DNA of 64,000 nucleotides from Escherichia coli (GCA_902500055.1 GCA_902500055.1_4131.1), one strand, 5' to 3'; counted from the first letter of the stretch, positions 29,970 through 38,861 are shown. Notes: a model not told the origin generated them from the letters alone. Numbers and translations are program-made.

Positions 29970-30181
29970 TTTAGTTCAATCGCTCGTTTAAGTGTATTAA
30001 TATAATCTTTAATGTCGTGTTCTTGATAGTTCGTTCCAAGGGTAGCTAGAACATAGACTTCATTTCTCTTAATAATTTTATCCATATCTGGTATATCTGA
30101 TGTGTTAATGACGAAGAGCTTCAAAAACAGTCCATTTATGATTGTTAGGTATTCTGCATCGGTAATGATTTTCATTTGCAT
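29954..30181 (-). CDS. famB paralog
   Basis: 75 aa; core TLGTNYQEHDIKDYI. Confidence 0.6.
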   Translation of the reverse strand: MQMKIITDAEYLTIINGLFLKLFVINTSDIPDMDKIIKRNEVYVLATLGTNYQEHDIKDYINTLKRAIELKCQNH

Positions 30182-30387
30182 TTTCTCAGTACTAATTCTT
30201 TAAGTTCATTGATGTAGCACTCTACATATTCTTCTTGTAGGTTTGTTCCGATATGTAACAGTACTCTTAAATCTGCTCTCAGTACTTCTTTGTCATCTTC
30301 ATCTATATCAGACAGTGTTATGTTTAAGAATTTACTTGAACTCTCTATAAGTAATATTACTGAATCACCTTTGCTTAAAATTTTCAT
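30172..30387 (-). CDS. famB paralog
   Basis: 71 aa; core HIGTNLQEEYVECYI. Confidence 0.6.
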   Translation of the reverse strand: MKILSKGDSVILLIESSSKFLNITLSDIDEDDKEVLRADLRVLLHIGTNLQEEYVECYINELKELVLRKCK

Positions 30388-30595
30388 AATCTCTTTTTGC
30401 TTTCCTCGCCAAAAGGTACATATACGATTCTTCGTATTGTGCTTGGAAGTTTGTGTTTAAGAGTCGAAACAACTTCTGTTCTGCTAGAACGAGTTGCTTA
30501 TCTTCATAACAACGGTAGCGTATCAACTTTTTGTATTCGATGTTGATTACATCCATTACTATAAGCCCATGTTCATCATCTGTCAAGTGCTTCAT
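30365..30595 (-). CDS. famB paralog
   Basis: 76 aa; core LLNTNFQAQYEESYM. Confidence 0.55.
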   Translation of the reverse strand: MKHLTDDEHGLIVMDVINIEYKKLIRYRCYEDKQLVLAEQKLFRLLNTNFQAQYEESYMYLLARKAKRDYENFKQR

Positions 30596-30833
30596 GCTTT
30601 TTTCTTTTCCTGATGTGTTTAGTTAAAAGGTATATTAGTTTTCTGATGTATTCTTCCTGATAGTTTGTTCCTAGGAGTGCAAGAAGTTTTGCTTCAACTA
30701 GAGCTAATTGGCGTTCTTCGAATGTGTGTTCCAGTATGTACTTTGGGTTTGATTTTTTAGAAATTTCACTATTAGTTTTCATTACAATCTTATGATATTC
30801 ATTAACTGTTAGGATTTTTAAATTCTTGAGCAT
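30576..30833 (-). CDS. famB paralog
   Basis: 85 aa; core LLGTNYQEEYIRKLI. Confidence 0.6.
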   Translation of the reverse strand: MLKNLKILTVNEYHKIVMKTNSEISKKSNPKYILEHTFEERQLALVEAKLLALLGTNYQEEYIRKLIYLLTKHIRKRKKHEALDR

Positions 30834-31053
30834 GTATCTTTTCCTTTATAGAGAATTTAAGATATCGAAGCATACTTTCAATGTAATACTCTTGTCTGTC
30901 AGTTCCAAGAAAGTACATGAGTTGAATGTATAAAACTTCTGCACTCCTTTCGGCATGTGACTTGTTTGTGTCGTTTGGAAGTTGATTTGTAAGTTTTCTG
31001 GATTTAATTAGTCGTTCTTTTAACTCATCGTCTGTTAAGTATTTCATTTGCAT
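30802..31053 (-). CDS. famB paralog
   Basis: 83 aa; core FLGTDRQEYYIESML. Confidence 0.6.
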   Translation of the reverse strand: MQMKYLTDDELKERLIKSRKLTNQLPNDTNKSHAERSAEVLYIQLMYFLGTDRQEYYIESMLRYLKFSIKEKIHAQEFKNPNS

Positions 31054-31279
31054 TTACTTTTTCCTTAATAGTGATTTTAAGATATCTAATCATACGTGCA
31101 ACATATTCCTCTTGTCTATCAGTTCCCAGAAGATATGGTAGTGATTGGAATAATACTTCTGCACTCCTTTCTGCTGGGGTTTGGTTTAGGTCAATTGGAC
31201 GTTTATTGGTATATCTCTTGGCACGAACTAATCTCTCGACGTATTCATTATAGGTTAAGTATATCATTTCATTTTGCAT
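31025..31279 (-). CDS. famB paralog
   Basis: 84 aa; core LLGTDRQEEYVARMI. Confidence 0.6.
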   Translation of the reverse strand: MQNEMIYLTYNEYVERLVRAKRYTNKRPIDLNQTPAERSAEVLFQSLPYLLGTDRQEEYVARMIRYLKITIKEKVNANEILNRR

Positions 31280-31515
31280 TTAATGTTTCTTACGTAAATT
31301 GTCTGGATTAAACAATCAATCCAAGTTTGAATATATTGGTTTTGATACTGTGTGCCTAAGAGACTCTGCATTTTAAACTCTGCTTCAAGTTCATATCTCT
31401 TTTCTATAGAAAAGCTCAAATGACCATATTCTTTATCGTATCTTCTCAGTGCTTCCCCAATTCTATCAAATCTTTCTGCTAATCTGATGTTATTCACAAT
31501 ATTCATCGCATTCAT
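31264..31515 (-). CDS. famB paralog
   Basis: 83 aa; core LLGTQYQNQYIQTWI. Confidence 0.6.
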   Translation of the reverse strand: MNAMNIVNNIRLAERFDRIGEALRRYDKEYGHLSFSIEKRYELEAEFKMQSLLGTQYQNQYIQTWIDCLIQTIYVRNIKCKMK

Positions 31516-31790
31516 CGATCAGTACACCTCAGTGGCTGGGTCATTTGATGAAAGTACAGCTTACCTTTGATTTCCAATAGTAACTCAGCAATTAATCGAT
31601 TTACTTCTGGCTCTTGATAGTTTGTTCCCAAGAATACACCCATCTTTAACTCACGCATCATAATCATTTTCTTACTGTGTTGAATTTCTGGGTTGTGATA
31701 GATTGTATTACGTTTGTGCGTAATTTTTGTCATACGCTCGGTATATTCATCTTTACTTAAATTGATCATTTGCATGTTCATCAACCTCAC
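31512..31790 (-). CDS. famB paralog
   Basis: 92 aa; core FLGTNYQEPEVNRLI. Confidence 0.6.
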   Translation of the reverse strand: MRLMNMQMINLSKDEYTERMTKITHKRNTIYHNPEIQHSKKMIMMRELKMGVFLGTNYQEPEVNRLIAELLLEIKGKLYFHQMTQPLRCTDR

Positions 31791-32001
31791 ATTTATTTTC
31801 GATACAAATCATTAGTTCTCTAAGATAGTTTTTTACCTTACCTGCCTGATAGTTCGTCCCCAGGAAGTTGCATAACTCTGCTTCTATCATTTTGATTCTT
31901 CTGGTGTCAGGTTTCAATTTTTTGTTATTGAAGATTTGAATCCTTATATCCCTTGATGCATTTAAACGTTTTTGATAATCATGGTAAGATAAATGAATCA
32001 T
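31753..32001 (-). CDS. famB paralog
   Basis: 82 aa; core FLGTNYQAGKVKNYL. Confidence 0.6.
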   Translation of the reverse strand: MIHLSYHDYQKRLNASRDIRIQIFNNKKLKPDTRRIKMIEAELCNFLGTNYQAGKVKNYLRELMICIENKCEVDEHANDQFK

Positions 32002-32216
32002 TTACTTTGTATCTCTCTCTGGAGGGCATCAATTAACAACAGTACAGCATTCTCTTGATAGTTTGTTCCTAAGACTGAAAGCATCTTAATCTCATTTACT
32101 ACGATCAACTTCTTTGAGCGTTCAATAATGTTACTATTATAAACGGCGTTACGTGCTGGATAAGTTTTTGCAAGACGAACATAATATTCATCTTTACTTA
32201 AATTAATCATTTGCAT
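31998..32216 (-). CDS. famB paralog
   Basis: 72 aa; core VLGTNYQENAVLLLI. Confidence 0.6.
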   Translation of the reverse strand: MQMINLSKDEYYVRLAKTYPARNAVYNSNIIERSKKLIVVNEIKMLSVLGTNYQENAVLLLIDALQREIQSK

Positions 32217-32425
32217 TTACTTTTAACCTCTTTCTGTAGAGCGTCAATCCATAGATCCACATACATTTGTTGATAGTTTGTGCCTAAGAGTGCACCTACA
32301 TAGAGTTCAGTTACTAGTGCGTGCTTAAGGTTAGCTTGGATGCTCTTATCGCTTGATAAGATTTTCCTTCTGCTGGTGCATGTTTTCAGGAGTCTGATGT
32401 ATTCAAAGCCTTGTAAATTTCTCAT
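32207..32425 (-). CDS. famB paralog
   Basis: 72 aa; core LLGTNYQQMYVDLWI. Confidence 0.6.
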   Translation of the reverse strand: MRNLQGFEYIRLLKTCTSRRKILSSDKSIQANLKHALVTELYVGALLGTNYQQMYVDLWIDALQKEVKSKCK

Positions 32426-32649
32426 ATTTTGGATACCACCTTGTTACGTAAGGCACTTAACAATACGTCAGTGTAGATGTTTTGATAGTTTGTCCCTACG
32501 AAAGCACCCAACTTCATTTCAGCTATTATAACACATTTGTCCTCTTGTGCAATAGATTTGTTTAACACAATACTATACACTTTTGATTTGATAGTTTGTA
32601 ACCTCCAATGATACTGAAACTCATTTAGTGTTATCATTCTCGTCTCCAT
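32422..32649 (-). CDS. famB paralog
   Basis: 75 aa; core FVGTNYQNIYTDVLL. Confidence 0.6.
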   Translation of the reverse strand: METRMITLNEFQYHWRLQTIKSKVYSIVLNKSIAQEDKCVIIAEMKLGAFVGTNYQNIYTDVLLSALRNKVVSKI

Positions 32650-32870
32650 ATCTCGGTTCTAATGTGTTGACATTGTGCTTCGATGAACATATCTATTGAT
32701 TTGGCAATTGCTTTTTTATCAGTGCCTGTCATCAGTACAAGCATCTCTGCCTCACTATGAATTAAACGCATGATATCATAGGGTAATATTTCAGATACAG
32801 TGTCATAGTGTTTCTGTGCCAGTGTCTGCAATAGTTTACAATACATTTTGTGATTTAGTCTTTGTCGCAT
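32634..32870 (-). CDS. famB-like paralog
   Basis: 78 aa; divergent core LMTGTDKKAIAKSIDMFI. Confidence 0.5.
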   Translation of the reverse strand: MRQRLNHKMYCKLLQTLAQKHYDTVSEILPYDIMRLIHSEAEMLVLMTGTDKKAIAKSIDMFIEAQCQHIRTEIWRRE

Positions 32871-33127
32871 TGTTTATTCCATTCTTTTTTGGCTCTATGG
32901 GTTTTATATTGGATTTGGTTTCTCAATGCTGCCAGGTATCGTAGAATGAACAGTTCTTGATAGTTTGTTCCAATGAATTTCATAAGATAAACATCACCGT
33001 TGATAACATCCAATTCAGGTGCACCATGTAATGCATAGTTTTTTCTAAGGGTGTTAAGAATAGAGAAGAGGGCGGCTTGATACTCAGAGCTTGATAAAGT
33101 TTTCATATTTTTCCACAATTCGTTCAT
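32855..33127 (-). CDS. famB paralog
   Basis: 90 aa; core FIGTNYQELFILRYL. Confidence 0.6.
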   Translation of the reverse strand: MNELWKNMKTLSSSEYQAALFSILNTLRKNYALHGAPELDVINGDVYLMKFIGTNYQELFILRYLAALRNQIQYKTHRAKKEWNKQCDKD

Positions 33128-33341
33128 TTAGTTTTATCTGTATAAGATCCATTAGTTGTTCAAGATAATCGGTACAATATTTCTCTTGATATTGGGTTCC
33201 CACAAAGTACAGCAACCATAGCTCATGAACTTTAACTTTCATCTCGTTCCATGAAAGTGCATCGTCATCGTAGATTACTCTTGCTTCTGGGGTGAGCTTT
33301 CGAATTCTAAGTGAATATTCATCGTTCGTCAAGTGTTTCAT
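33084..33341 (-). CDS. famB paralog
   Basis: 85 aa; core FVGTQYQEKYCTDYL. Confidence 0.6.
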   Translation of the reverse strand: MKHLTNDEYSLRIRKLTPEARVIYDDDALSWNEMKVKVHELWLLYFVGTQYQEKYCTDYLEQLMDLIQIKLNERIVEKYENFIKL

Positions 33342-33496
33342 TTACATTTATCCCTTATTAGATTTGTGAGTGCAACTATGTGTTCATGGATATAAAAATT
33401 CTGATGAGAAGTTCCAAGAAAGTACAACATCCATCCCTCACTCTGCTCGACTTCTAGTTTAGTATCGAGTTGGTCAGATATGTTAATGAAAACCAT
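33338..33496 (-). CDS. famB paralog (52 aa, below track cutoff)
   Basis: Hand-translated MVFINISDQ...; core FLGTSHQNFYIHEHI; ATGA and TAATG junctions with neighbours. Confidence 0.5.
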   Translation of the reverse strand: MVFINISDQLDTKLEVEQSEGWMLYFLGTSHQNFYIHEHIVALTNLIRDKCK

Positions 33497-33753
33497 TAGT
33501 TCTTTTCCTTTCTTTCTATTTGTTTCATAAGAACATTGATATACTCACCCGCAAACCTATTCTGATACTGCGTCCCCATGAATTCCAACATCCATACTTC
33601 AGCAACCTTTTCTTCAATTTCAGTCCATTGTAAGTACATCATAGTGAAGTAAATGGTGTTCTCTTTTTTTCTGGCACTCTTAGCACGGGCCTCGTATTCA
33701 AAGTTATTAATGATGTTCATTACATTTGTCCATAATGTAATTCTTGAGTGCAA
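33496..33753 (-). CDS. famB paralog
   Basis: 85 aa (start probably internal Met); core FMGTQYQNRFAGEYI. Confidence 0.55.
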   Translation of the reverse strand: MHSRITLWTNVMNIINNFEYEARAKSARKKENTIYFTMMYLQWTEIEEKVAEVWMLEFMGTQYQNRFAGEYINVLMKQIERKEKN

Positions 33754-33934
33754 CTATGTGTGCAATAACATACTCTTCCTGGAAGTTCGTCCCCAGTACA
33801 GCCATCATGCGTATATCGGTGGTGTTTATCCTGTGTTCTCTTATACATAAACCTTCTTTGTGAGGAAGTGTAAAATATTTGTTTATTGCAGCAATGATAA
33901 TTTTATTCTTCTCGGAATTACTTAAATGTTTCAT
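33707..33934 (-). CDS. famB paralog
   Basis: 75 aa; core VLGTNFQEEYVIAHI. Confidence 0.6.
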   Translation of the reverse strand: MKHLSNSEKNKIIIAAINKYFTLPHKEGLCIREHRINTTDIRMMAVLGTNFQEEYVIAHIVALKNYIMDKCNEHH

Positions 33935-34143
33935 AGTTTACTCCTGATATAATTCTGAAGTGCAATTAAGTATTCCCCTACATAATACACCTGAAAGTCT
34001 GTATCAAGGAATGCACCCATAAGTAAATCTTTTTCTAATACCCTTGATAAGTTAAGGTCTGCATTTGAAAGGTATATAAGTAAGATTTCACCCTGTGCGG
34101 AATTGAAACGTTTCTTATATTCTTCTGGTGTTAAAAAAATCAT
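33931..34143 (-). CDS. famB paralog
   Basis: 70 aa; core FLDTDFQVYYVGEYL. Confidence 0.6.
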   Translation of the reverse strand: MIFLTPEEYKKRFNSAQGEILLIYLSNADLNLSRVLEKDLLMGAFLDTDFQVYYVGEYLIALQNYIRSKL

Positions 34144-34355
34144 AATTTGCTCCTGATATATTTCTCAAGAGATGACAAATACTTTTCCTCATAATACTTC
34201 TGATAGTCTGTTCCTAAGAATGCACCCAATAGTATATCATTTTCCAATACCTCGGCTAAGTTTAAATCAGAAGTCTCTTCGTATATTATGAGGATTTCAA
34301 GTTGTCTGGCAGCGATGCGTTCAGTATATTGATATGAGTTTTCTATAATAATCAT
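34140..34355 (-). CDS. famB paralog
   Basis: 71 aa; core FLGTDYQKYYEEKYL. Confidence 0.6.
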   Translation of the reverse strand: MIIIENSYQYTERIAARQLEILIIYEETSDLNLAEVLENDILLGAFLGTDYQKYYEEKYLSSLEKYIRSKL

Positions 34356-34561
34356 AATTTACTCTTTATATCTTCTATTAAAAATCGAATCCATTCTTCA
34401 ACATAATCTTCCTGATGGTTTGTGTTCAGTACAGCTAACATGCGGATCTCTGCTCTTGCAACTTGGATTTCAGTTTTAGGAAGGTCTTTGCTGATATCCA
34501 ACATTAAGTCCATGTATTTCAAGATAAGACCTAATGATTGGGTTCGTGTTATAGTTTTCAT
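34352..34561 (-). CDS. famB paralog
   Basis: 69 aa; core VLNTNHQEDYVEEWI. Confidence 0.6.
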   Translation of the reverse strand: MKTITRTQSLGLILKYMDLMLDISKDLPKTEIQVARAEIRMLAVLNTNHQEDYVEEWIRFLIEDIKSKL

Positions 34562-34764
34562 TGTTTACTCTTTATATCTTTTATTAAATGTAAAATCCAA
34601 TCATTAACAAAACTTTCTTGGAAGTTGGTTCCCAGTCCAGCCATCATCCACCACTCCGATAGAATAAACTTTTTTTCATCCCTAGATAACTCATCTGGTA
34701 TATATATATTCTTTCTATATTCGATCATAAGATTATATAGTTGAAATTGTGTGATAATTTTCAT
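34558..34764 (-). CDS. famB paralog
   Basis: 68 aa; core GLGTNFQESFVNDWI. Confidence 0.6.
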   Translation of the reverse strand: MKIITQFQLYNLMIEYRKNIYIPDELSRDEKKFILSEWWMMAGLGTNFQESFVNDWILHLIKDIKSKQ

Positions 34765-34958
34765 AGTTTACCCGTTATATCTTCAATTAAATATGAAATC
34801 CAATCCTTGACATACCTTTCCTGAAAGTTAGTTCCAATGAATAGTGCCATAACCAATTCACGCTTATATGCAATACCACGGATATGTGACATATGTAGGA
34901 TATATGCCATGTTATTGATAAGTCTTTCGTGATGTTCTGCTTGAGTTAAAATACGCAT
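34761..34958 (-). CDS. famB paralog (first gene of array)
   Basis: 65 aa; core FIGTNFQERYVKDWI. Confidence 0.6.
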   Translation of the reverse strand: MRILTQAEHHERLINNMAYILHMSHIRGIAYKRELVMALFIGTNFQERYVKDWISYLIEDITGKL

Positions 34959-34988
34959 AGGGACTCCATTAAAAATAATATCAATCCT

Positions 34989-35016
34989 ATAATATACGAT
35001 TCGTATAAAAAGTCAA
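34989..35016 (-). promoter_or_regulatory. sigma70-like promoter heading the famB array
   Basis: Minus sense TTGACT-16 nt-TATTAT about 30 nt upstream of the ATG at 34958. Confidence 0.4.
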
Positions 35017-35207
35017 TAACATTTTATTAGTAATACCCCTTTATCGAAGTCGCTAAGGTTACCCGCAGTTAAGCCCCCTACGCATTTTGCCATAGTCCAA
35101 TCCCTTTTTATTCATAAAAGTCAAGGGATTACCTATGCATTTTTTTAACGCTGAAATTTAAAAATGCCTTGACTTTTTTATGATTCAGTACTAAATCCTT
35201 TTACGCA

Positions 35208-35417
35208 TTAATCCTTCGTTACGCTTACGATTATCTGTGTATCCCCATAGTCCTGCCATACTTCCACGCCAGCCGTCGCCCTGGTTAGTCGTGCTGTCAT
35301 CTGCTTAATGGTCTTAGGCTTTAGTGGAACCTGTTGCAGTACTGTACGCATAGCACTATCGACGTTATCATGTACGCCTGCAATAGTGCCTAGAACGCTG
35401 TATACTGTATAGAACAT
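35208..35417 (-). CDS. hypothetical protein
   Basis: 69 aa; AGGAGG upstream of ATG. Confidence 0.5.
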   Translation of the reverse strand: MFYTVYSVLGTIAGVHDNVDSAMRTVLQQVPLKPKTIKQMTARLTRATAGVEVWQDYGDTQIIVSVTKD

Positions 35418-35443
35418 ATGTATGCCCTCCTGATATAGTTAAG

Positions 35444-35461
35444 GCCGCTAGAGAGCGGCCT
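35444..35461 (-). terminator. hairpin, probable terminator
   Basis: Perfect palindrome GGCCGCT-AGAG-AGCGGCC just downstream of 35486..35887. Confidence 0.4.
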
Positions 35462-35485
35462 ATGATGTTTGGTGATGTGTATTGC

Positions 35486-35887
35486 TTACAGCCCTAAGAT
35501 AGTACGTGCTTCGTTACGTTCCTTAGTTTGCTGCATGATGTAAGCTAACTGGTCCTTGCTAATGTATCCCTTGTCCATAGCTTCACGGATAGATACATCA
35601 TAAGCACCGAACCCCGTGCGAACGATACGCACATCATTCAGGTTAGTGTTATAGATACCGCCGAGATCAACGGATTCGAATACTGCATCAACTGTATATT
35701 CGTTGTTACCGTCATTGAAGTTTTCAATCTCAATGTTACGGGACACGGCCCAACGTTTACAGCTTCCAATGATGCGGCAATATTCAGGGTGCATATGACC
35801 ATTACTTACAGCGTGTTCAAGGCCAGCTTTACCAAAAGTCCGGGCCAGTACTAAAACGTCAGCGAAGGAATTGATTGAGAAGGTCAT
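35486..35887 (-). CDS. hypothetical protein
   Basis: Track ORF trimmed to Met12 (MTFSINSF...), which follows AAGGAG; the longer ORF reads through the leader hairpin. Confidence 0.55.
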   Translation of the reverse strand: MTFSINSFADVLVLARTFGKAGLEHAVSNGHMHPEYCRIIGSCKRWAVSRNIEIENFNDGNNEYTVDAVFESVDLGGIYNTNLNDVRIVRTGFGAYDVSIREAMDKGYISKDQLAYIMQQTKERNEARTILGL

Positions 35888-35941
35888 GATAAAACTCCTT
35901 AATTTAGGAGGGAGAACCATTTCCCCCTCTCTATGTAAAAC

Positions 35942-35970
35942 ATTATACTTGATTCTAAGTACTATGCAAG
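35942..35970 (-). promoter_or_regulatory. conserved early-type promoter
   Basis: Minus sense CTTGCA-17 nt-TATAAT, then leader hairpin and the ATG at 35887. Confidence 0.5.
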
Positions 35971-35976
35971 TACTTT

Positions 35977-36309
35977 TTACATTTTAATACCTGGATTCAG
36001 GTAGCGGTGAGATCCATATTCTGGATCGGTTTCGGTCCAGTACTGTAAATCGATAGTACCTTTCGCGTTAATCTTGTCTACCAGCTTATTCATCTTAGCG
36101 TATACTACATCAGCATCGATGCGTTTAAAGCCAGTGGCTTTAGTGAAGTAGTAGTGATTTGCTTCACTATCATTCAGGATGTACCGAGAACCGTTTGCCG
36201 TTTGTGCGATAATGATTGAGTATTCTACGTTACGGTCGAGGCCGTCGATGAATACAGAGGAAACATTAGTACGGATGAAAGCTTTAACGATAGCGATTGA
36301 AGTAGTCAT
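35977..36309 (-). CDS. hypothetical protein
   Basis: 110 aa; AGGAG upstream. Confidence 0.55.
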   Translation of the reverse strand: MTTSIAIVKAFIRTNVSSVFIDGLDRNVEYSIIIAQTANGSRYILNDSEANHYYFTKATGFKRIDADVVYAKMNKLVDKINAKGTIDLQYWTETDPEYGSHRYLNPGIKM

Positions 36310-36363
36310 TTTGAATCTCCTAACTTTGTGGGCCGTCGCACCATTGCCGCCCTACGAGATACA

Positions 36364-36391
36364 TTATTGCAGTACTGATATACTTTGTCAA
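36364..36391 (-). promoter_or_regulatory. conserved early-type promoter
   Basis: Minus sense TTGACA-17 nt (contains CAGTACTG)-AATAAT. Confidence 0.45.
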
Positions 36392-36461
36392 TACTTTTTT
36401 TATTAATAGTTTTCACTCCACCAGCAGATAGTTACTCACCGTTATTAACTATATATTTTGG

Positions 36462-36540
36462 ATACACTTATGCACCCTGTGGGCTAGTTTTTGTCTATGC
36501 GTATATAATAGCAAAGGGACTGACCGGAGTCAATCCCTTT
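36462..36540 (+). repeat. conserved intergenic unit, copy 1
   Basis: ATACACTTATGCACCCTGTGGGCTAG ... hairpin AAAGGGACTGACCGGAGTCAATCCCTTT plus T-run; also at 39212, 42222, 45607. Confidence 0.6.
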
Positions 36541-36555
36541 TTTTATTCTTTTTTG

Positions 36556-36756
36556 TTAGATGATTCTCCAATCATCAACGATCATGGTAAGATACCGAAC
36601 CAGTGATTCGAGTGATTCGTGTTCTCGATAGTCTGCCGCACCGCCAGCGGTACAAGTACAGCCGATTAAGCCGTTTTGCAATTCCTTAATCTGTACATCG
36701 ATAAGGTTGGCTTTAGCTTCTTTCAGTACTTCAACCAGGGCGATAGCGATAGACAT
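36556..36756 (-). CDS. hypothetical protein
   Basis: 66 aa. Confidence 0.5.
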   Translation of the reverse strand: MSIAIALVEVLKEAKANLIDVQIKELQNGLIGCTCTAGGAADYREHESLESLVRYLTMIVDDWRII

Positions 36757-36778
36757 AATGTTTTACTCCAAACTATTG

Positions 36779-36839
36779 GCGGGAGAACTATTCCCCCGCT
36801 CTATGTAAAACATTATACATTACTGGTTAGTACTGTCAA
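36779..36839 (-). promoter_or_regulatory. conserved promoter plus 5' leader hairpin
   Basis: Minus sense TTGACA-N-TATAAT followed by GCGGGGGAA..TTCTCCCGC palindrome. Confidence 0.5.
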
Positions 36840-36846
36840 ATAGTTT

Positions 36847-37104
36847 TTATGAAATATCTTCGATGTAGTCGGCCCATTTCATTTTTTCAGTACTGTCAAG
36901 TGCAATCGGATTGCTAGGATCAAACCATTCACCATTCCCGCAATACATCCCCACGGCGACGGTTTTATATCCATCCTGGGCCGCACTCCACGACATTGCA
37001 CGATAGATATGGCCTTTAACTGGTTGCAGTACTGGTAACGTTTTATGGTCTTCTACGTAGGCCATAGCTTGAGGATTTACCCGATATTGTGTGAATTGAT
37101 CCAT
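36847..37104 (-). CDS. hypothetical protein
   Basis: 85 aa. Confidence 0.5.
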   Translation of the reverse strand: MDQFTQYRVNPQAMAYVEDHKTLPVLQPVKGHIYRAMSWSAAQDGYKTVAVGMYCGNGEWFDPSNPIALDSTEKMKWADYIEDIS

Positions 37105-37180
37105 TATGTTTCCCCTTGTAGTTAGTAAAGTTATTACATCAGTACTATCAAGCTATGTCAATAGTACTGAAATAAAACTT

Positions 37181-37405
37181 TTAGATTAGATTATTGAGGC
37201 CGTTGATGGTAGACTCGCTTTCTTCTTTCTCCCATTGGCGGTAGTACTTCCATGCTTCATGATATGTGGCGATTAGTTCATCTTTTTGATCCTGGTTACA
37301 TGCCAGTACTGAATCACGGTGAGCGGTGTTATAGATAGAATCGAATGATTTCTTCTCTTCTGCCAGGTTAGCTACTTCCCGCATCAGTTCATCAAAGTTA
37401 GCCAT
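37181..37405 (-). CDS. hypothetical protein
   Basis: 74 aa; AAAGGAG upstream. Confidence 0.55.
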   Translation of the reverse strand: MANFDELMREVANLAEEKKSFDSIYNTAHRDSVLACNQDQKDELIATYHEAWKYYRQWEKEESESTINGLNNLI

Positions 37406-37423
37406 TTTATTACTCCTTTTAGT

Positions 37424-37480
37424 GGGGGAGGATATCTCCCCCTATGCAAAACATTATACTTTGTTTTAGTTATTATGCAA
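37424..37480 (-). promoter_or_regulatory. conserved promoter plus 5' leader hairpin
   Basis: Minus sense TTGCAT-16 nt-TATAAT, then GGGGGAGATATCCTCCCCC palindrome. Confidence 0.5.
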
Positions 37481-37736
37481 GTACTTTTTTCATATAAACA
37501 TTAAATTCTACACCGCCGTAACCTTCCACGATGATATGTTTTGCGTTATCACGCTTGCACATAGTGAAACCGTTGTTGATATGTTCTGCATTTTCCAGGG
37601 ATACATCACCGATTGCAGCACATACGGCACTAATAACAGTATTCCGCAAAGTACTGGTATCATTAGCGGTCATAGTAGTTTGCAGTACTACGTTGTCGTA
37701 TACGTGTGCATTGATAGTGATTTCGATAGTGTTCAT
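37473..37736 (-). CDS. hypothetical protein
   Basis: Track ORF trimmed to Met19 (MNTIEITIN...); upstream part is leader hairpin read-through. Confidence 0.5.
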   Translation of the reverse strand: MNTIEITINAHVYDNVVLQTTMTANDTSTLRNTVISAVCAAIGDVSLENAEHINNGFTMCKRDNAKHIIVEGYGGVEFNVYMKKVLA

Positions 37737-37823
37737 GGTGTATCTCCTGGACTTGAGGGGAAACCATTTCCCCCTCTCGATATAAAACATTATACGTTAA
37801 TCTAACTACAATGCAAGTACTTT

Positions 37824-38015
37824 TTAAATTTTATTTCCGATATAGTCCGGCATGTTCTTTTCAGTCATACGCTTTGCTAATGTCTGCATATGGCTTATAG
37901 CGTTCAAGGTGTCTTCCTCCAGGGATGAATCAAGATAATCAGGATCATTCTTCACCTTGCAATGATTATGATAGCGTAGTACAGCCAGTACTTTTTTAAC
38001 TTCTTCAACTGTCAT
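37824..38015 (-). CDS. hypothetical protein
   Basis: 63 aa. Confidence 0.5.
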   Translation of the reverse strand: MTVEEVKKVLAVLRYHNHCKVKNDPDYLDSSLEEDTLNAISHMQTLAKRMTEKNMPDYIGNKI

Positions 38016-38284
38016 AATAAGTACCCCACTTCGTTAGCTTTCAGGTTAGTATCAATCATCAGTGGATTTTTGTAGTTCACAAAACGATTAGTTTTCTCGA
38101 TAGCGAATCCCATATAATCCAGCTTGCTTACAGTACATTCATTCTTAAAAACTTCTTTCGCTGTATCGATGGCTGATTGCATGGATAACCGCCCATCTAA
38201 ATTAATGTTTCCAAATGATCCACCAGCAGAAGTAGGATTACCGTTCATATCTTTAATGATCATAGTAGCGGAGTAGCTGGACAT
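38012..38284 (-). CDS. hypothetical protein
   Basis: 90 aa; ATGA-coupled to downstream gene. Confidence 0.5.
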   Translation of the reverse strand: MSSYSATMIIKDMNGNPTSAGGSFGNINLDGRLSMQSAIDTAKEVFKNECTVSKLDYMGFAIEKTNRFVNYKNPLMIDTNLKANEVGYLL

Positions 38285-38372
38285 AATTTTGTTTCCTTTT
38301 ATTGGTGGGGGAGAACTATTCTCCCCTTGATGTAAACTATTATACAGTACTGATATACTTTGTCAAATACTT

Positions 38373-38777
38373 TTATTCGCCCATATAGATTAAGTTATCA
38401 TCGCCTACATAGGGATCGCAAACGTTGATTTCTTCGCAGTACTTCGTGAATACATCGCCATAGTGACCTAAACCACGATCCCAAAAACCAGTTCCGTGAC
38501 CTTCGCGGGTAAGGAACAGATCATGACCAGCTTGCTCATAACCGTAATCAATAAACATACCGCGAACTACTTCCAGATCATTACCGTGTTTCTCAATGAA
38601 GCGAGAACATGCAATCACCGCCGCTTGACGTGCTTCATCAGATAACTCATAATCTTCCAGGTAATCGCCGTTATCATTATGTACAGTACTGAATTGCATA
38701 GCTTCAATGTAACCAGCGACCATTGCAGCATGATTTTTATCGTTGGCGATATTCCGAGCAAGATTAGTAGTAGTCAT
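38373..38777 (-). CDS. hypothetical protein
   Basis: 134 aa; motif REGHGTGFWDRG. Confidence 0.55.
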   Translation of the reverse strand: MTTTNLARNIANDKNHAAMVAGYIEAMQFSTVHNDNGDYLEDYELSDEARQAAVIACSRFIEKHGNDLEVVRGMFIDYGYEQAGHDLFLTREGHGTGFWDRGLGHYGDVFTKYCEEINVCDPYVGDDNLIYMGE

Positions 38778-38798
38778 GATTTTATTCCTTTTAGTATC

Positions 38799-38857
38799 GG
38801 GGAGAACTATTCTCCCCTTGATGTAAACTATTATACAGTACTAAGATACTTTGTCAA
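38799..38857 (-). promoter_or_regulatory. conserved promoter plus 5' leader hairpin (archetype)
   Basis: Minus sense TTGACA-16 nt (AGTACTG)-TATAAT, GTTTACATCAA, then GGGGAGAATAGTTCTCCCC, then AAAGGAA and ATG. Confidence 0.55.
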
Positions 38858-38861
38858 ATAC

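Noticed and set aside
35887-35920. N-terminal extensions of track ORFs in the early-like cluster (MVLPG..., MFYIERGK..., MTVLKCF...)
   Set aside because: These residues are translations of the conserved leader hairpin upstream of the SD; the real starts are the internal Met codons that follow AAGGAG-type sites
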